Shown here piece by piece: positions 52,031 to 64,000 of a stretch of DNA of 64,000 bases. Location: contig JAFPNK010000001.1 in the NCBI GenBank assembly GCA_017401985.1, positions 1,861 to 65,860 of the forward strand, in the 5' to 3' direction. The DNA is from Paludibacteraceae bacterium. GTDB lineage: Bacteria; Bacteroidota; Bacteroidia; Bacteroidales; Paludibacteraceae. How positions within the stretch are numbered: position 1 is the first letter of the stretch; the number at the start of each line of letters is the position of its first letter. The position numbers and the translations under genes are program-made. The notes below the pieces were generated by a model that was given only the letters and a program-made list of their open reading frames with translations, was not told the DNA's origin and ran no database searches.

Positions 52031-52062
52031 CAAAGGTACTGCTTTTTTTTGATATGACCAAA
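52031..52062 (-). promoter_or_regulatory. Promoter of tRNA-Glu (and possibly rpsT): TTTG-N20-TAccTTTG on the minus strand
   Basis: The plus strand shows caaaggta at 52031-38 and caaa at 52059-62. The spacer contains atatcaaaaaaaagcag. Confidence 0.7.
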
Positions 52063-52099
52063 TATTTTGGCATTTTTTTGCAAAAAAAAGTAAAAAACA

Positions 52100-52131
52100 C
52101 TTGTGTATATCATTTATTTTTTGTAATTTTG
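52100..52131 (+). promoter_or_regulatory. Promoter of gyrB: cTTG-N20-TAatTTTG
   Basis: cTTG lies at 52100-03 and TAatTTTG at 52124-31. Confidence 0.7.
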
Positions 52132-52205
52132 CAGCCGATTACGTGTGCGCGCGTACACTGCGTGCTTGTGTGTGCACGATAATGTATATAGGTATAGAAG
52201 ATTAA

Positions 52206-54205
<2,000 letters not shown>

Positions 54206-54206
<1 letters not shown>

Positions 54207-54748
54207 TGAAGATTGCGGTTTATTGCAGTGCTAAGGACACCATTCCGGAGGAGTATCTGGAGTTGGGCGACCGGTTGGGCCGTTGGATAGGCGAGCACGG
54301 ACACGTGTTAGTCTATGGCGGTGCAACGGGAGGTCTGATGTCACGAACCAGCGAGGCGGCGAAAGCGGCAGGGGCAACCGTTATCGGAGTGATTCCTCCG
54401 CGAATCATAGCTGCCGGTCGTCTGGCTACGCACTGCGATGAGTTGATAGAAGTGGCAAATATGTCGGAACGCAAGCAGACGATGCGGGATCAAGCCGATG
54501 TGATCGTGTGTCTGCCGGGCAGTTACGGCACGCTGGATGAGATGATGGATGCAACCTCTGCGGCTATCGTAGGCGAGCACCATAAACCGACGTACGTAAT
54601 CAACTATAAGGGTTTTTATGAACCACTCAAACAGCAGATGGCGCTGATGGAGCGTTTGCGTTTCATTCCCGAACAGCAGAGTTACAAGCCGATCTTCGTA
54701 GATACACTCGAAGAACTGTACAAACAAATAGAAAATTATAAATCATAA
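54206..54748 (+). CDS. LOG-family (TIGR00730) nucleotide phosphoribohydrolase-like protein
   Basis: 180 aa with VYGGATGGLM and LPGSYGTLDE motifs. A 1-nt overlap (TAATG) links it to gyrB. Confidence 0.8.
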
Positions 54749-54760
54749 ACAAGCAATAGT

Positions 54761-56074
54761 ATGAATTTATTCACAGCCAGATTAACCGGCAAGATGGTTT
54801 CTACCGACACGTTCGAGAAAAACATTGTTGCAATGCAAGAGCGTGTTAAACGTTGGCGCCGGATTGAACAATCGCCTGAGTTGGCGGAGTATAATGAGTT
54901 GAAAAAACTCATTGAGAGTTATGACTTCCAGGAGCGCAAGAACGAGTTGAAAAACCGTAAGTACAAAGACACGGACGAAGGTCGCAAGATGCTGTCGTAC
55001 GAGAAATTGTCCACTACGATGCGCATGCGCGGTTTCCGCTATGCACAGAACAACGACACGTTCCAGGCATTCCTCAAGTTTCGTGACTCGGAGGATTTCC
55101 AAAACCTGCAAAGCGCCAAAATGAAGTATCAAGCGAGCGAGTTGCGCATGTACAACATGATCTACCGTTCGGCGTTCTACAAAAACTATCAGAAAGTGCT
55201 GAACTCTCCGGAGTACAAGCAGTTGACGGAGTTGGAGAAGGAGATCAACACCGAGGATTTCCAGAAACGTCATGCATTGTGGGCAGACGCCAAGCGTTGG
55301 AATCACTCGGACTTGTATCAGAAAGAGCAACGCTATGAGCAGTTGGCTAAATCAGATGATATCAAGTTCTATTTCTCGCAGCGCGAGCAGCAGATCGACT
55401 GGGCTGAGTTGTTCCGTCCGGCCTTTGAGGATGACATGAGCTCGAACAAGAACTGGAAAGCCGGCTACGGCAATGCCAATCCGGCAGCCAAAGACGGTTA
55501 TTCGCATACCAACGAGCAACAGGCATATAACAACGGTAAGAACACCTTCTTTGTGGAGGGCCGTATGGACATTGAAACGCGTGCCGAGAGCAAGAAAGCG
55601 GTGGCGTGGGATAGCAAGAAAGGTTTCGTTGAGCACGTGTTTGATTATACGTCCGATGTGATGAACACACGCGAGGCGTTTGCACAGGAGAGTGGTCTGT
55701 TTATGGCTAAAGTGCGTACGCAAGGTGTCGGTCATCATTTCTTCGGTCTGTCCACCGGCAAACCGAAAAAACCGATGGTAGCGCTGTACCATTTTAATGG
55801 TGATCACCATCAGTTGGGTTATATCGACGGTGACAATACGAAGATGGCAGATCTGTCGGGTGTGCTGCGCTCCATGTACCATGTTTATTCGTTCCGCTGG
55901 ACCAAGTATGAGCTCATTTGGTACGTGAACAACATGGAAGTGTTGCGTCTGCCGAACCGTTTGCCGAAAGAGGCGATGTTCTTTCTTGCCCAGTCGTTCC
56001 TTCCCAAGGCAGAGAAGGGCGGCGAAGGTAAACTGAAAGTACAATGGATCCGCGTCTTCAAGAGCGTTGAATGA
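54761..56074 (+). CDS. Hypothetical cytoplasmic protein: helical-repeat N-half and a concanavalin/GH16-like beta-sandwich C-half
   Basis: 437 aa with no signal peptide. The C-terminal pattern YHVYSFRWTKYELIWYVNNMEV resembles a GH16/LamG jelly-roll. I found no ExDxxE catalytic motif. Confidence 0.55.
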   Translation: MNLFTARLTGKMVSTDTFEKNIVAMQERVKRWRRIEQSPELAEYNELKKLIESYDFQERKNELKNRKYKDTDEGRKMLSYEKLSTTMRMRGFRYAQNNDTFQAFLKFRDSEDFQNLQSAKMKYQASELRMYNMIYRSAFYKNYQKVLNSPEYKQLTELEKEINTEDFQKRHALWADAKRWNHSDLYQKEQRYEQLAKSDDIKFYFSQREQQIDWAELFRPAFEDDMSSNKNWKAGYGNANPAAKDGYSHTNEQQAYNNGKNTFFVEGRMDIETRAESKKAVAWDSKKGFVEHVFDYTSDVMNTREAFAQESGLFMAKVRTQGVGHHFFGLSTGKPKKPMVALYHFNGDHHQLGYIDGDNTKMADLSGVLRSMYHVYSFRWTKYELIWYVNNMEVLRLPNRLPKEAMFFLAQSFLPKAEKGGEGKLKVQWIRVFKSVE

Positions 56075-56109
56075 TTGATAAAACAGTAAATCTCTAATCG
56101 CAATTCATT

Positions 56110-56895
56110 ATGTTCCTTATTGCCGGTCCTTGTGCCATAGAGAGTCGAGATGTCGTGATGACAACAGCCGATACGCTAAACAGTCTCTGTTACGAACTAG
56201 GCATTACGCTCTATTTCAAGTCCTCGTTCGACAAGGCGAATCGTACTTCGGCTTCGCCTCGCGGAGTGGGCATGGAGGAAGGTCTGTGTATATTACAGGA
56301 AGTGAAGCAGCAGTTTGGTCTGCCTATCTTGACCGATGTGCATGAGAGTCATCAGTGTGCGCCGGTAGCTGAAGTGGCGGACGTGCTACAGATACCTGCT
56401 TTCCTCAGTCGCCAAACGGACCTGCTGCAAGCTGCGGCTGTCACTGGACGTATCGTGAATATAAAGAAAGGACAGTTCATGGCGCCGTGGGACATGAGTG
56501 GTGCGATAGACAAGATAGAACAGGTGGCTCCTCATGCCGCTCGGGACGGACGTGTCTGGCTCACAGAACGCGGCAACTCGTTTGGCTATGGACGACTGGT
56601 GGTCGATATGACGTCTCTGGTAGAGATGCGTCGGTTCGGTTGCCCGGTGATCTTCGATGCCACCCATTCGGTGCAACAACCTTCTTCACAAACAGGCATA
56701 ACAGGAGGAAACAGAGAGATGGTGCCTTATCTGATGCGTGCCGCGCTGGCTGTCGGCATAGATGGATTGTTCATGGAAACACATCCTAACCCGGATAGCG
56801 CCATCTCAGATGCTGCAAACCAAGTACGCCTGTCGGACATGAAGACCGTGCTGCAACAAGCCATAGAAATAGATTCGCTAATCACCAAACATTAA
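56110..56895 (+). CDS. kdsA: 3-deoxy-8-phosphooctulonate (KDO-8-P) synthase
   Basis: 261 aa with the motifs FLIAGPCAIES, FKSSFDKANRTS, LQIPAFLSRQTDL and VIFDATHSVQ. Confidence 0.9.
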   Translation: MFLIAGPCAIESRDVVMTTADTLNSLCYELGITLYFKSSFDKANRTSASPRGVGMEEGLCILQEVKQQFGLPILTDVHESHQCAPVAEVADVLQIPAFLSRQTDLLQAAAVTGRIVNIKKGQFMAPWDMSGAIDKIEQVAPHAARDGRVWLTERGNSFGYGRLVVDMTSLVEMRRFGCPVIFDATHSVQQPSSQTGITGGNREMVPYLMRAALAVGIDGLFMETHPNPDSAISDAANQVRLSDMKTVLQQAIEIDSLITKH

Positions 56896-56913
56896 TTGCT
56901 AATCGTAAATCGT

Positions 56914-58608
56914 ATGGAACCAACCATTACCGTTTATTGCAAGAACACCCATTCTTATCATGAGGTGCCACGTGGAATATCGCTTATTGAGTTGAAGGAT
57001 CTGTTGAATATCCAACTCACTTATCCGATTATTGCCGCACACGTCAATTACAAGGTGGAGAATTTGGATTTCCGGCTCTATAAACCCAAAGATATAGAGT
57101 TCCTCGATGCCAGCTCGCCTTCCGGAATGCGTGCGTACGTGCGTACTTTGGGAATGGTACTTGCATGTGCAGTCAACGAGTTGTATCCACGAATGGACCT
57201 GCGTGTAGAGCACCCGATCAGCAAGGGGTACTATTGCACTCTTCAGTGGCATATAGATAAGGATAATGATGAACTGAAAGAATCGGAACCGCCTATTGTG
57301 TCTGAAGAGATGGTTGCTGCCATTAAGCAACGTATGCAACTCATTATTCGCGAGGATAGACCGATATACGAAGAAGAGAAGCAGACCAAAGAGGTGATTA
57401 AGATGTTCGCTGCGCGGTATAATAACGAGACTTCTATTTTCGAAACGCTCGGTAATCCGTACTGCCGCTATTTCCGAATGGGTGATTTCATTGATTACTA
57501 CTCTAATGTGTTGTTACCCAGTTCCGGATACATCAAACTGTTTGATATAGTGCCGTTTAAGGACGGAATGCTGGTCCGTATTCCAAACCGCAGTAATCCG
57601 CTTATTCTGGAGGATTCGATTCAGCAGGAGAAGATGTTCTCTATTTTCCAGGAGTATAACCGTTGGAATAAGTTGCTGCATATCAATAATGTAAGCGATT
57701 TCAACATCGCATGCAAGGACAAAAAATCGTTTGAGATGATCAAACTGGCAGAGGCGCTGCATGAGAAGAAGATTGCTCAGACAGCCGATGCCATTGCTGA
57801 GAAGCGTCCTAAGATCGTGTTCATCAGCGGTCCTTCGTCTTCTGGTAAAACCACGTTCTCCAAACGTTTGCAGATACAGTTGCTGGTGGATGGTATCAAA
57901 CCGGAAGTGCTGTCAATGGACGATTATTTCGTGAATCGTGTGGACACCCCGCGTGATGAGAACGGAGAATGGGATTTTGAGAATGTGAACGCAGTGGACT
58001 TACCTTTCTTCCGTCAGCAGATGCATGATCTGTTGGACGGCAAAGAAGTTGATCTGCCGACTTATGATTTCACGATCGGTGAGCGTGTGTTCAAAGGACG
58101 TAAGTTGAAGTTGCAGAAAGATTCCGTGCTGGTTATTGAAGGTTTGCATGCGCTCAATCCTTGTATTCTGCCCGATGTAGACAAGAGTTTGACATTCAAA
58201 ATCTTCGTTTCTGCCCTGACGACTATCAATATTGATAACCATAACTGGATTCCTACCACGGATATTCGTCTGTTGCGTCGTATAGTGCGCGATTATAAGT
58301 ACCGCGGATTCTCGGCCAAGGAGACGATCGCCCGTTGTCCGTCGGTTAGTCGCGGAGAGCAGAAATGGGTGTATCCGTTCCAGGAAGAGGCAGATGTGAT
58401 GTTCAACTCCGCACTGATATTCGAGTTCGCGGTGCTCAAACGTCACGCCGAACCGATTTTGGCAGAGGTGCCTAAGTTCTGTGAGGAATATACGGAAGCG
58501 CACCGCTTGCTCAAGTTCCTGCAGTATTTCGTGCCGATTCCAGAGAAAGAGATTCCGCCTACCTCGTTCTTGCGTGAGTTCGTCGGTGGTTCGTCCTTCC
58601 ATTATTAA
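56914..58608 (+). CDS. Uridine kinase/phosphoribulokinase-family nucleoside kinase with an N-terminal TGS/ThrRS-like extension
   Basis: It has a P-loop (ISGPSSSGKTTFSKRL) followed by the udk-like segment LVIEGLHALN. The N-terminal ~270 aa look like a beta-grasp domain plus a SAD-like domain. I chose the ATG at 56914 over the TTG at 56896. Confidence 0.75.
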   Translation: MEPTITVYCKNTHSYHEVPRGISLIELKDLLNIQLTYPIIAAHVNYKVENLDFRLYKPKDIEFLDASSPSGMRAYVRTLGMVLACAVNELYPRMDLRVEHPISKGYYCTLQWHIDKDNDELKESEPPIVSEEMVAAIKQRMQLIIREDRPIYEEEKQTKEVIKMFAARYNNETSIFETLGNPYCRYFRMGDFIDYYSNVLLPSSGYIKLFDIVPFKDGMLVRIPNRSNPLILEDSIQQEKMFSIFQEYNRWNKLLHINNVSDFNIACKDKKSFEMIKLAEALHEKKIAQTADAIAEKRPKIVFISGPSSSGKTTFSKRLQIQLLVDGIKPEVLSMDDYFVNRVDTPRDENGEWDFENVNAVDLPFFRQQMHDLLDGKEVDLPTYDFTIGERVFKGRKLKLQKDSVLVIEGLHALNPCILPDVDKSLTFKIFVSALTTINIDNHNWIPTTDIRLLRRIVRDYKYRGFSAKETIARCPSVSRGEQKWVYPFQEEADVMFNSALIFEFAVLKRHAEPILAEVPKFCEEYTEAHRLLKFLQYFVPIPEKEIPPTSFLREFVGGSSFHY

Positions 58609-58655
58609 TGGCATGGTTGTTGTGGTTGAATAGTTACTATTTAGTATTTAGAGAG

Positions 58656-59105
58656 ATGAGAAAAATTCTTATTATAGCTTTAGTAGCGATGGCCTCTGTT
58701 CGGATGTGTGCAGAAGATACTATTGTTAGTCCGCTGCGTCCGAATCTGGTGGATTCGATGCCGGGCGTGGAGTTGATACAAGATTCGACGGTTGGTGTTC
58801 TGCTTCAGGCGGCTATGCGCGGCTCCATGGAACTGGTGGAGATCGACGGTTATCGTGTGCAGATTTATTCTTCCAACCAGCAGCAGACAGCGAAGGCGGA
58901 AGCCTTGGATTTGGAGGATAAGCTGAGAGATAAACTCAATCAAACTATCTACGTGCAGTATCTGCCGCCGTTCTGGAAAGTGCGTTTGGGTGATTTCCGT
59001 ACCTACACGGAAGCCAAAGAGTATAAAAAAGAGTTCGTGCAGATGTATCCTGAGATGCAAGGGGATACGTATATTGTGCGCGATAAAATACAAGTGTTGC
59101 AATGA
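58656..59105 (+). CDS. SPOR-domain protein
   Basis: It has a signal peptide at the trimmed start ([15 protein letters not shown]) and a SPOR pattern (GYRVQIYSS...AKAE...[17 protein letters not shown]). Confidence 0.75.
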   Translation: MRKILIIALVAMASVRMCAEDTIVSPLRPNLVDSMPGVELIQDSTVGVLLQAAMRGSMELVEIDGYRVQIYSSNQQQTAKAEALDLEDKLRDKLNQTIYVQYLPPFWKVRLGDFRTYTEAKEYKKEFVQMYPEMQGDTYIVRDKIQVLQ

Positions 59106-59686
59106 ATCTACAGGATTTTCACTCCAATCCGGAGGTGTCCGCTGCCATTGCTGCTTCGGTAGAGACAGCTTTGCGTCAGATAGGCGAAGACCCGCAGCGC
59201 GAAGGATTAGTTAAAACGCCTCACCGTGTAGGCGAAGCGTTGCAGTTCCTGTGCAAGGGGTATAAAGAAGACCCTGAGGCCATCTTGCGTTCCGCTCTTT
59301 TTGAAGAGGACTATCGGCAGATGGTGGTAGTCAAGGATATTGATTTCTATTCGCTTTGTGAGCACCATATGTTACCGTTCTTCGGCAAAGTGCATGTGGC
59401 TTATATCCCGAACGGTCGTATCACCGGACTCAGTAAGATTGCTCGCGTGGTCGATGTGTACGCGCGTCGGTTGCAGGTGCAAGAACGTCTGACGACGCAG
59501 ATCAAGGATTGTATCCAGAATACGCTTGACCCGCTGGGTGTGATGGTGGTGATTGAGGCCGAGCACCTGTGCATGCAGATGCGAGGAGTGCAGAAACAAC
59601 ACGCCATGACAGTCACTTCTGACTTCACGGGCGTGTTCAATCAAGCCAAGACTCGAGAAGAGTTCATGAAACTGATTAAGAATTAA
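59102..59686 (+). CDS. folE: GTP cyclohydrolase I
   Basis: 194 aa with the motifs LCEHHMLPF and RLQVQERLT. Confidence 0.92.
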   Translation: MNLQDFHSNPEVSAAIAASVETALRQIGEDPQREGLVKTPHRVGEALQFLCKGYKEDPEAILRSALFEEDYRQMVVVKDIDFYSLCEHHMLPFFGKVHVAYIPNGRITGLSKIARVVDVYARRLQVQERLTTQIKDCIQNTLDPLGVMVVIEAEHLCMQMRGVQKQHAMTVTSDFTGVFNQAKTREEFMKLIKN

Positions 59687-59721
59687 AAAGAAGCAGGTCT
59701 TACGGCCTGCTTCTTTTTTTT
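59687..59721. terminator. Bidirectional rho-independent terminator between convergent genes
   Basis: The stem GAAGCAGG/CCTGCTTC (59690-59697 and 59706-59713) can be extended by A-T pairs. It is flanked by an A-tract on the left and T8 on the right. Confidence 0.8.
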
Positions 59722-62700
59722 ATCGTACTACCATGATCTTCACAACGGTGTGTTTGCCTCCCGGTTCGTTACATAGCGCGGTATAAACACCCGGGGTGGC
59801 ATATCGTCCGTCCGGCAGTTTGCCATCCCAAACGGCGGTGCCTCCGTGACTGCGTGTCTTGCAAACGAGGTTACCTCCGCTGTCGATGATGTTCACTACT
59901 GTGTTCTCCATCAGTCCGGTGATGGAGATGGCGCCGCTGTAACCCGGTCTTACAGGATTCGGATAAGCGTACGCACTGCTCATGTCTTCCTGTGCCTCAC
60001 TCGCATCGCTGCGATAGGAGGCTATACCGCGGTCGGTTCCCACGAAGACCTCTCCGGTCTTCGGCATGATAGCGATGGACTGCACACTATTGGAGGGAAG
60101 CAGACTGTTCGTTTCCGTGAAATGCGCCACGGTGATGGTGTCATCTTCAATCAGGTACAGACCGGAATTGGCGGTTCCGATCCACATACGGTTGCCTCCG
60201 TCCACGGCCAGACAGTTGATCTGCTCATCGCCTAACAGGTAGTCGCCTAAACCTGTGCCGTCGTTGCGAGGAATGATGATACGTTTGCAGGTGTTGGAGG
60301 TGAAGAAATCAGTGTTCTTATCGAAAAGCAATATACCTTTGTCCGTGCCAATCCAGATACGGTTCGTCTGATCTTGCGCGAAACAGCGGAATTGTGCCGG
60401 TGTCAGTACGTTGCCGTTCTGATCCGTGAACGAACTGCGAACCATACAACGGTCGTCGCCGCTTAGCGTCGGTGTTCCGCCGTCGTCTAACAGTATTAAT
60501 CGCGGTTCACCACGTTGCGCCATCATCCATTTGTATTGGCTGTTACGTTGGTCAACCCATATGCCTGTCGGGGTTTCAAAAGTCAACTCATTCCCTCCGC
60601 TACGCAAAGGAATACTGAACCATTGCCCCAAGGTGTTCATCACGTGCAGAGGCTGGCCAATGGTCGTGGCATTCATCACCCATAAGTTCCCTTGCTCATC
60701 CATCATCGCGCCATCCGTACGCGTGAAATAATAGTCACTCGACTCGGCTGTCACTTTGCGCAACGTACTGTTGCTGCTGTCATAATGCTTATACGCTTTA
60801 TAGTCCTTGAATTCAAACACCCCCGTGCCGTAGGTAGCCACGAAGAAGTGTCCTGCATCCTTCGGATCAACGGCGTAACTGACAATATCGCGTATGTCGT
60901 GGTTCGTGTAAAACCATGTGTCTTGCCATGGAATACCTCGCCAACCTTGTCCGTCGTAGATGCTCATGCCGATCTGACGCCCGAACTGCTCTGCCCATCT
61001 GCCACCCGGAGAAACATAGATCTGATCATGCGCTACATCCAGATGATAACCGAAATTACTCATCGGACCCTCCGGACGGAAGAACTGATCTCCGTCTGTG
61101 CCTAATCGAACCAGTCCTTTGCCTTCTTCTGCCAACCAGTATTCGCCGTTCGAACAAACCGCATCGGTAGCTACGTACGTGGCGCAGATACCTTTCCATT
61201 GATCGTCATCGGTTAACTGAAGCACTCCTGTGCCGCTTTGATAAGCCAGAAGTTGTCCTCCGTTCGCATGAATCCAAGCGATTTGTTCCGGACGAACCAA
61301 TTGCCAATTCATACCTTCACGCCGATAAAGCGAATCGTGTGCCAGCACGTAGATCTTATCTTTATACGTCACTACTTGACTCGCTTGTTCAAACGGCAGT
61401 GCCTCCGATTGCCAGTACGAGTAATCGACTAAGTTGTCTTTCAAAGCCGCTTTGTACATCCGGTCGTACGAGAAGGCGTAAAGTGTATCCTTCGCTTCCG
61501 CAATAAACTGCACATTCAATGCTGCAGCATCCGAACCGATATAATACGTGTCGCTCACTTCGCCTTTGCGCGGCTGGATGGCGATGATACCGAACGGCAT
61601 CGCCAGATACACTTGTTTCGAACCGGTACAAATGTGATTGACAGTCACATCTATCGAACCCGCTTTCATGGATATATCCGGCATCTGTGTTACGTCCCCG
61701 TCATCGTCTATCAAATCAATCTGGCCGTTCTCGTAAGCGATAATCAGTTTGCCGGATCCCGCATCGTACGCGATATGCGCGACGGATGTACCGTTCAGAC
61801 CGGTCGCTTTGTTCCAATAAACGATGGCCTCGTCTGCCCGATCGACACTGAACAACGAACCGTTCGCGCACGCGAATATATGATTCGGAGTCGCTACTAT
61901 CTCTTCCGGATTGGAGTACGAGAAATGCAGTTTCCAGCGTAACATGCTTCCTTCCTCTAACTCACCAATGGTCTCATCCTCTGACTCGTTCAATCCTTCC
62001 CCCCATCCATTCGGGTCGTATTCCACTAAACCTTCCGAAGTGCCGATGAACACATGGCCCTCGTTATTGCAGGTCAGCGATAGGACACCGTTCCCTGACA
62101 TAGCGGAGTTGTCGGTAGTGTAATGCGCCACGATCTCCGTTGCTGCTTCATTCAGCACATACACCCCTAAATCTTCTGTCCCGATCCAAATCTGTCCATC
62201 CGAAGCCTGACAAAGGGCTCTCGCTCGCAGCGAAGTGATCGGATTCTCATCGTTGTTATCCCTTACGTCCGGTTGGATGATTGCATCGGAAACGAAGAAA
62301 TCGGTGTTCGCGTCTATGTAGGCTGCGCCGAGATCCGTAGCCAACCATATTCGTCCCAGGCGGTCTTGCATCGCAGCATAAATATGGTTTGGCTTGAATG
62401 TGCGACCTTGCTGGTTCGTCCATTCCTTCCGCATGGCCGTGCGGTCGTCCGTTGCATCAAGAGGCGTGCCTTTGTCGTCCAGCAAAATAACACGAGCCTC
62501 CTTGTAGGCCGCGATAAGCCATTTGTACTGTTCATGCCGTTTGTCAATCAGTATATCTTGAGGAATTTGAATGACGGCGTTGGTGCCTTCTTCCTTCACC
62601 TGCACACCCGTATATGTCTCGCCGCTCTTGATGATAATCGGGTACGCCACTTGGCCGGCATTCATGAACCAAAGTCTTCCTGCACTGTCGAAATGGGCAC

Positions 62701-63784
62701 CCGTTAGGCGGGTATAATGAGCGGGATTGTTCGTAACAGCCGAACCGATGACGCCATTGGCGGAGGTGTGACTGACACATTGATCGCCTCGGAACTCGTA
62801 CAAGCCTGTTCCGTAACTCGTTACGTAATAATGATTGGCATCCTGCGGATCAACGGCTACGTTCATGAAATCCAACGGACTGTTATTCGACACTTTCTGA
62901 ATCGAATCCACAGAGATATTATGCCAGGTGTTGTTGACATAGCGCATTACGTTGCCGGGTGTGTAGTCTTGTGCAGTCCAGCGTCCTCCGGAGAGCATGA
63001 ACAGCTGATTACCTACTGCGGAGACATAATACGGTTTATTGGTCAGCGGACCTTGAGGCTTATACGTCAAACGCGCTGTCTGCGTGAAACGCACAATACC
63101 TTCTGTATAGCCGGCATACCAGTGACTGGTGGCGTCTTGATAGTGAATACCTTTCTCTTCGTCCGGTTTGACACGACCCGCTTTCTCGCGTTTCCAAACC
63201 GTGTAGTCCACTAAATTAGCTTGCATCGATGCACAGAAGAGACTGTCGTCCGTGAAGGCATAAATACTGTCATTCTTAATCAGCACATCCTTCACTTCTG
63301 TCTCTTGTCCACCCGGACGCAACCAGTAACTGTCCACCAGTTTGTTCTCACGCAAGTCCATCGTCTGCACGCCGTAAGCCGTGGCCAGATAAGCCGTTCG
63401 ACCTTTGATGGTGAAGTTATAAATAGTCTTGCGTTGCGTCATGTCCTTGTTATATAACTCGCTGATGTACTTCACGCCATTAGCAGACATAATATCCATT
63501 TTGCCGGTGCTATAACCGATCAGCAACTGTTTGCCGGTTGCGTCATAGTGGATACAAGTGATGCCGGTGGAGTGCAGACCTGATTGGTTGTTATATACTT
63601 TAATCAGCTCGCTTTGTTTGTCCACACTGTAGAGGCTGCCGTCCGAGACAGCAAACACTTTATCTGACGCCATGGCAATCTGCGTCACGTTATTGTACGC
63701 AAAGTGTGTGGTCCACCGTGCTGCATGCAGCGGCAGCAGGGCCGATAGGACGGCAATAAGGAGGATGTATCGAGTTCTTTTCAT
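59720..63784 (-). CDS. PorZ-like beta-propeller ('two-component regulator propeller' repeat) protein with a T9SS C-terminal domain, internally duplicated
   Basis: 1354 aa with a signal peptide. aa 23-595 and 616-1265 are clearly homologous to each other. Repeated IWIGT..G motifs are present. The C-terminal ~80 aa (AYAYPNPVRPGYSGAISITGL...GVYTALC) look like a CTD. Confidence 0.7.
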   Translation of the reverse strand: MKRTRYILLIAVLSALLPLHAARWTTHFAYNNVTQIAMASDKVFAVSDGSLYSVDKQSELIKVYNNQSGLHSTGITCIHYDATGKQLLIGYSTGKMDIMSANGVKYISELYNKDMTQRKTIYNFTIKGRTAYLATAYGVQTMDLRENKLVDSYWLRPGGQETEVKDVLIKNDSIYAFTDDSLFCASMQANLVDYTVWKREKAGRVKPDEEKGIHYQDATSHWYAGYTEGIVRFTQTARLTYKPQGPLTNKPYYVSAVGNQLFMLSGGRWTAQDYTPGNVMRYVNNTWHNISVDSIQKVSNNSPLDFMNVAVDPQDANHYYVTSYGTGLYEFRGDQCVSHTSANGVIGSAVTNNPAHYTRLTGAHFDSAGRLWFMNAGQVAYPIIIKSGETYTGVQVKEEGTNAVIQIPQDILIDKRHEQYKWLIAAYKEARVILLDDKGTPLDATDDRTAMRKEWTNQQGRTFKPNHIYAAMQDRLGRIWLATDLGAAYIDANTDFFVSDAIIQPDVRDNNDENPITSLRARALCQASDGQIWIGTEDLGVYVLNEAATEIVAHYTTDNSAMSGNGVLSLTCNNEGHVFIGTSEGLVEYDPNGWGEGLNESEDETIGELEEGSMLRWKLHFSYSNPEEIVATPNHIFACANGSLFSVDRADEAIVYWNKATGLNGTSVAHIAYDAGSGKLIIAYENGQIDLIDDDGDVTQMPDISMKAGSIDVTVNHICTGSKQVYLAMPFGIIAIQPRKGEVSDTYYIGSDAAALNVQFIAEAKDTLYAFSYDRMYKAALKDNLVDYSYWQSEALPFEQASQVVTYKDKIYVLAHDSLYRREGMNWQLVRPEQIAWIHANGGQLLAYQSGTGVLQLTDDDQWKGICATYVATDAVCSNGEYWLAEEGKGLVRLGTDGDQFFRPEGPMSNFGYHLDVAHDQIYVSPGGRWAEQFGRQIGMSIYDGQGWRGIPWQDTWFYTNHDIRDIVSYAVDPKDAGHFFVATYGTGVFEFKDYKAYKHYDSSNSTLRKVTAESSDYYFTRTDGAMMDEQGNLWVMNATTIGQPLHVMNTLGQWFSIPLRSGGNELTFETPTGIWVDQRNSQYKWMMAQRGEPRLILLDDGGTPTLSGDDRCMVRSSFTDQNGNVLTPAQFRCFAQDQTNRIWIGTDKGILLFDKNTDFFTSNTCKRIIIPRNDGTGLGDYLLGDEQINCLAVDGGNRMWIGTANSGLYLIEDDTITVAHFTETNSLLPSNSVQSIAIMPKTGEVFVGTDRGIASYRSDASEAQEDMSSAYAYPNPVRPGYSGAISITGLMENTVVNIIDSGGNLVCKTRSHGGTAVWDGKLPDGRYATPGVYTALCNEPGGKHTVVKIMVVR

Positions 63785-63785
63785 C

Positions 63786-64000
63786 TTATATAATCTTCAC
63801 TAATTCGTGTAGCGCGCGAGCGCGGTGGCTGATATTGTTTTTCAGTTCTGCCGGCAGTTCACCGAAGGTCTTGTCGTATCCTTCGGGGATAAAGAGCGGG
63901 TCGTATCCGAATCCGCCTTGTCCGTATTCTTCCGTGGCGATGCGTCCGCGAACGATACCGCTTACTTGAATGGTCTTTCCGTCCTTAATCAACGTAATAA
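63786..64000 (-). CDS. rdgB: Non-canonical purine NTP pyrophosphatase (RdgB/HAM1), C-terminal part; the 5' end lies beyond the window
   Basis: The C-terminal sequence is [20 protein letters not shown]....ISHRARAL. The reading frame is still open at nt 64000. Confidence 0.8.
   Translation of the reverse strand, partial: ITLIKDGKTIQVSGIVRGRIATEEYGQGGFGYDPLFIPEGYDKTFGELPAELKNNISHRARALHELVKII

Noticed and set aside
52146-52161. The near-palindrome GTGTGCGCGCGTACAC in the gyrB leader, considered as a regulatory site
   Set aside because: Only 7 of 8 positions per half-site are symmetric, and it occurs only once. I have no supporting context, so it is too weak to call.

Overview
This is a 64-kb chromosomal segment from a Bacteroidota genome, probably a T9SS-positive member of the Bacteroidales. 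Three things support that placement: at least 13 promoters of the TTTG-N20-TAnnTTTG type, many lipoproteins, and T9SS C-terminal sorting domains. I call about 55 protein genes and 2 tRNAs (Leu-UAA, Glu-UUC). I saw no rRNA, CRISPR array, transposase or integrase. Most of the window is housekeeping: sbcCD, hsp20, msrA, nadB, psd, deoC, an NfnAB-like fusion, dacB, birA, rfbB, rpsT, gyrB, kdsA, folE and rdgB. It also holds surface and envelope genes: a TonB-dependent receptor cluster, a BspA-type LRR/GLUG protein, a GLUG T9SS cargo protein, an OmpA-LysM protein, and a PorZ-like protein that is internally duplicated. The stand-out is an AT-rich, tightly coupled seven-gene operon at 23.9-31.7 kb. 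It encodes a polytopic coiled-coil membrane protein, a Ras-like P-loop (NKxD) GTPase-like protein, two paralogous bitopic proteins (cytoplasmic domain, coiled coil, TM, coiled coil, beta-sandwich), a retropepsin-like lipoprotein, a lipoprotein with a DCTSF NlpC/LRAT-like motif, and a DRGH (NucA/EndoG) nuclease lipoprotein. I cannot assign it to any characterised system. It sits next to a rearrangement scar, where a DUF4143-type ATPase gene is flanked by a 30-bp direct repeat that duplicates the 5' end of a small Cys-rich gene. Other sequence-level observations are candidate operator sites (a TTAAG direct-repeat array beside an orphan OmpR-type wHTH gene, and a shared palindrome in two near-identical promoters), a duplicated 16-mer, out-of-frame 7/8-nt tandem repeats inside and at the end of the Nfn-like gene, and a structured rpsT leader. 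All functional calls come from motif recognition by eye. No database search was run.
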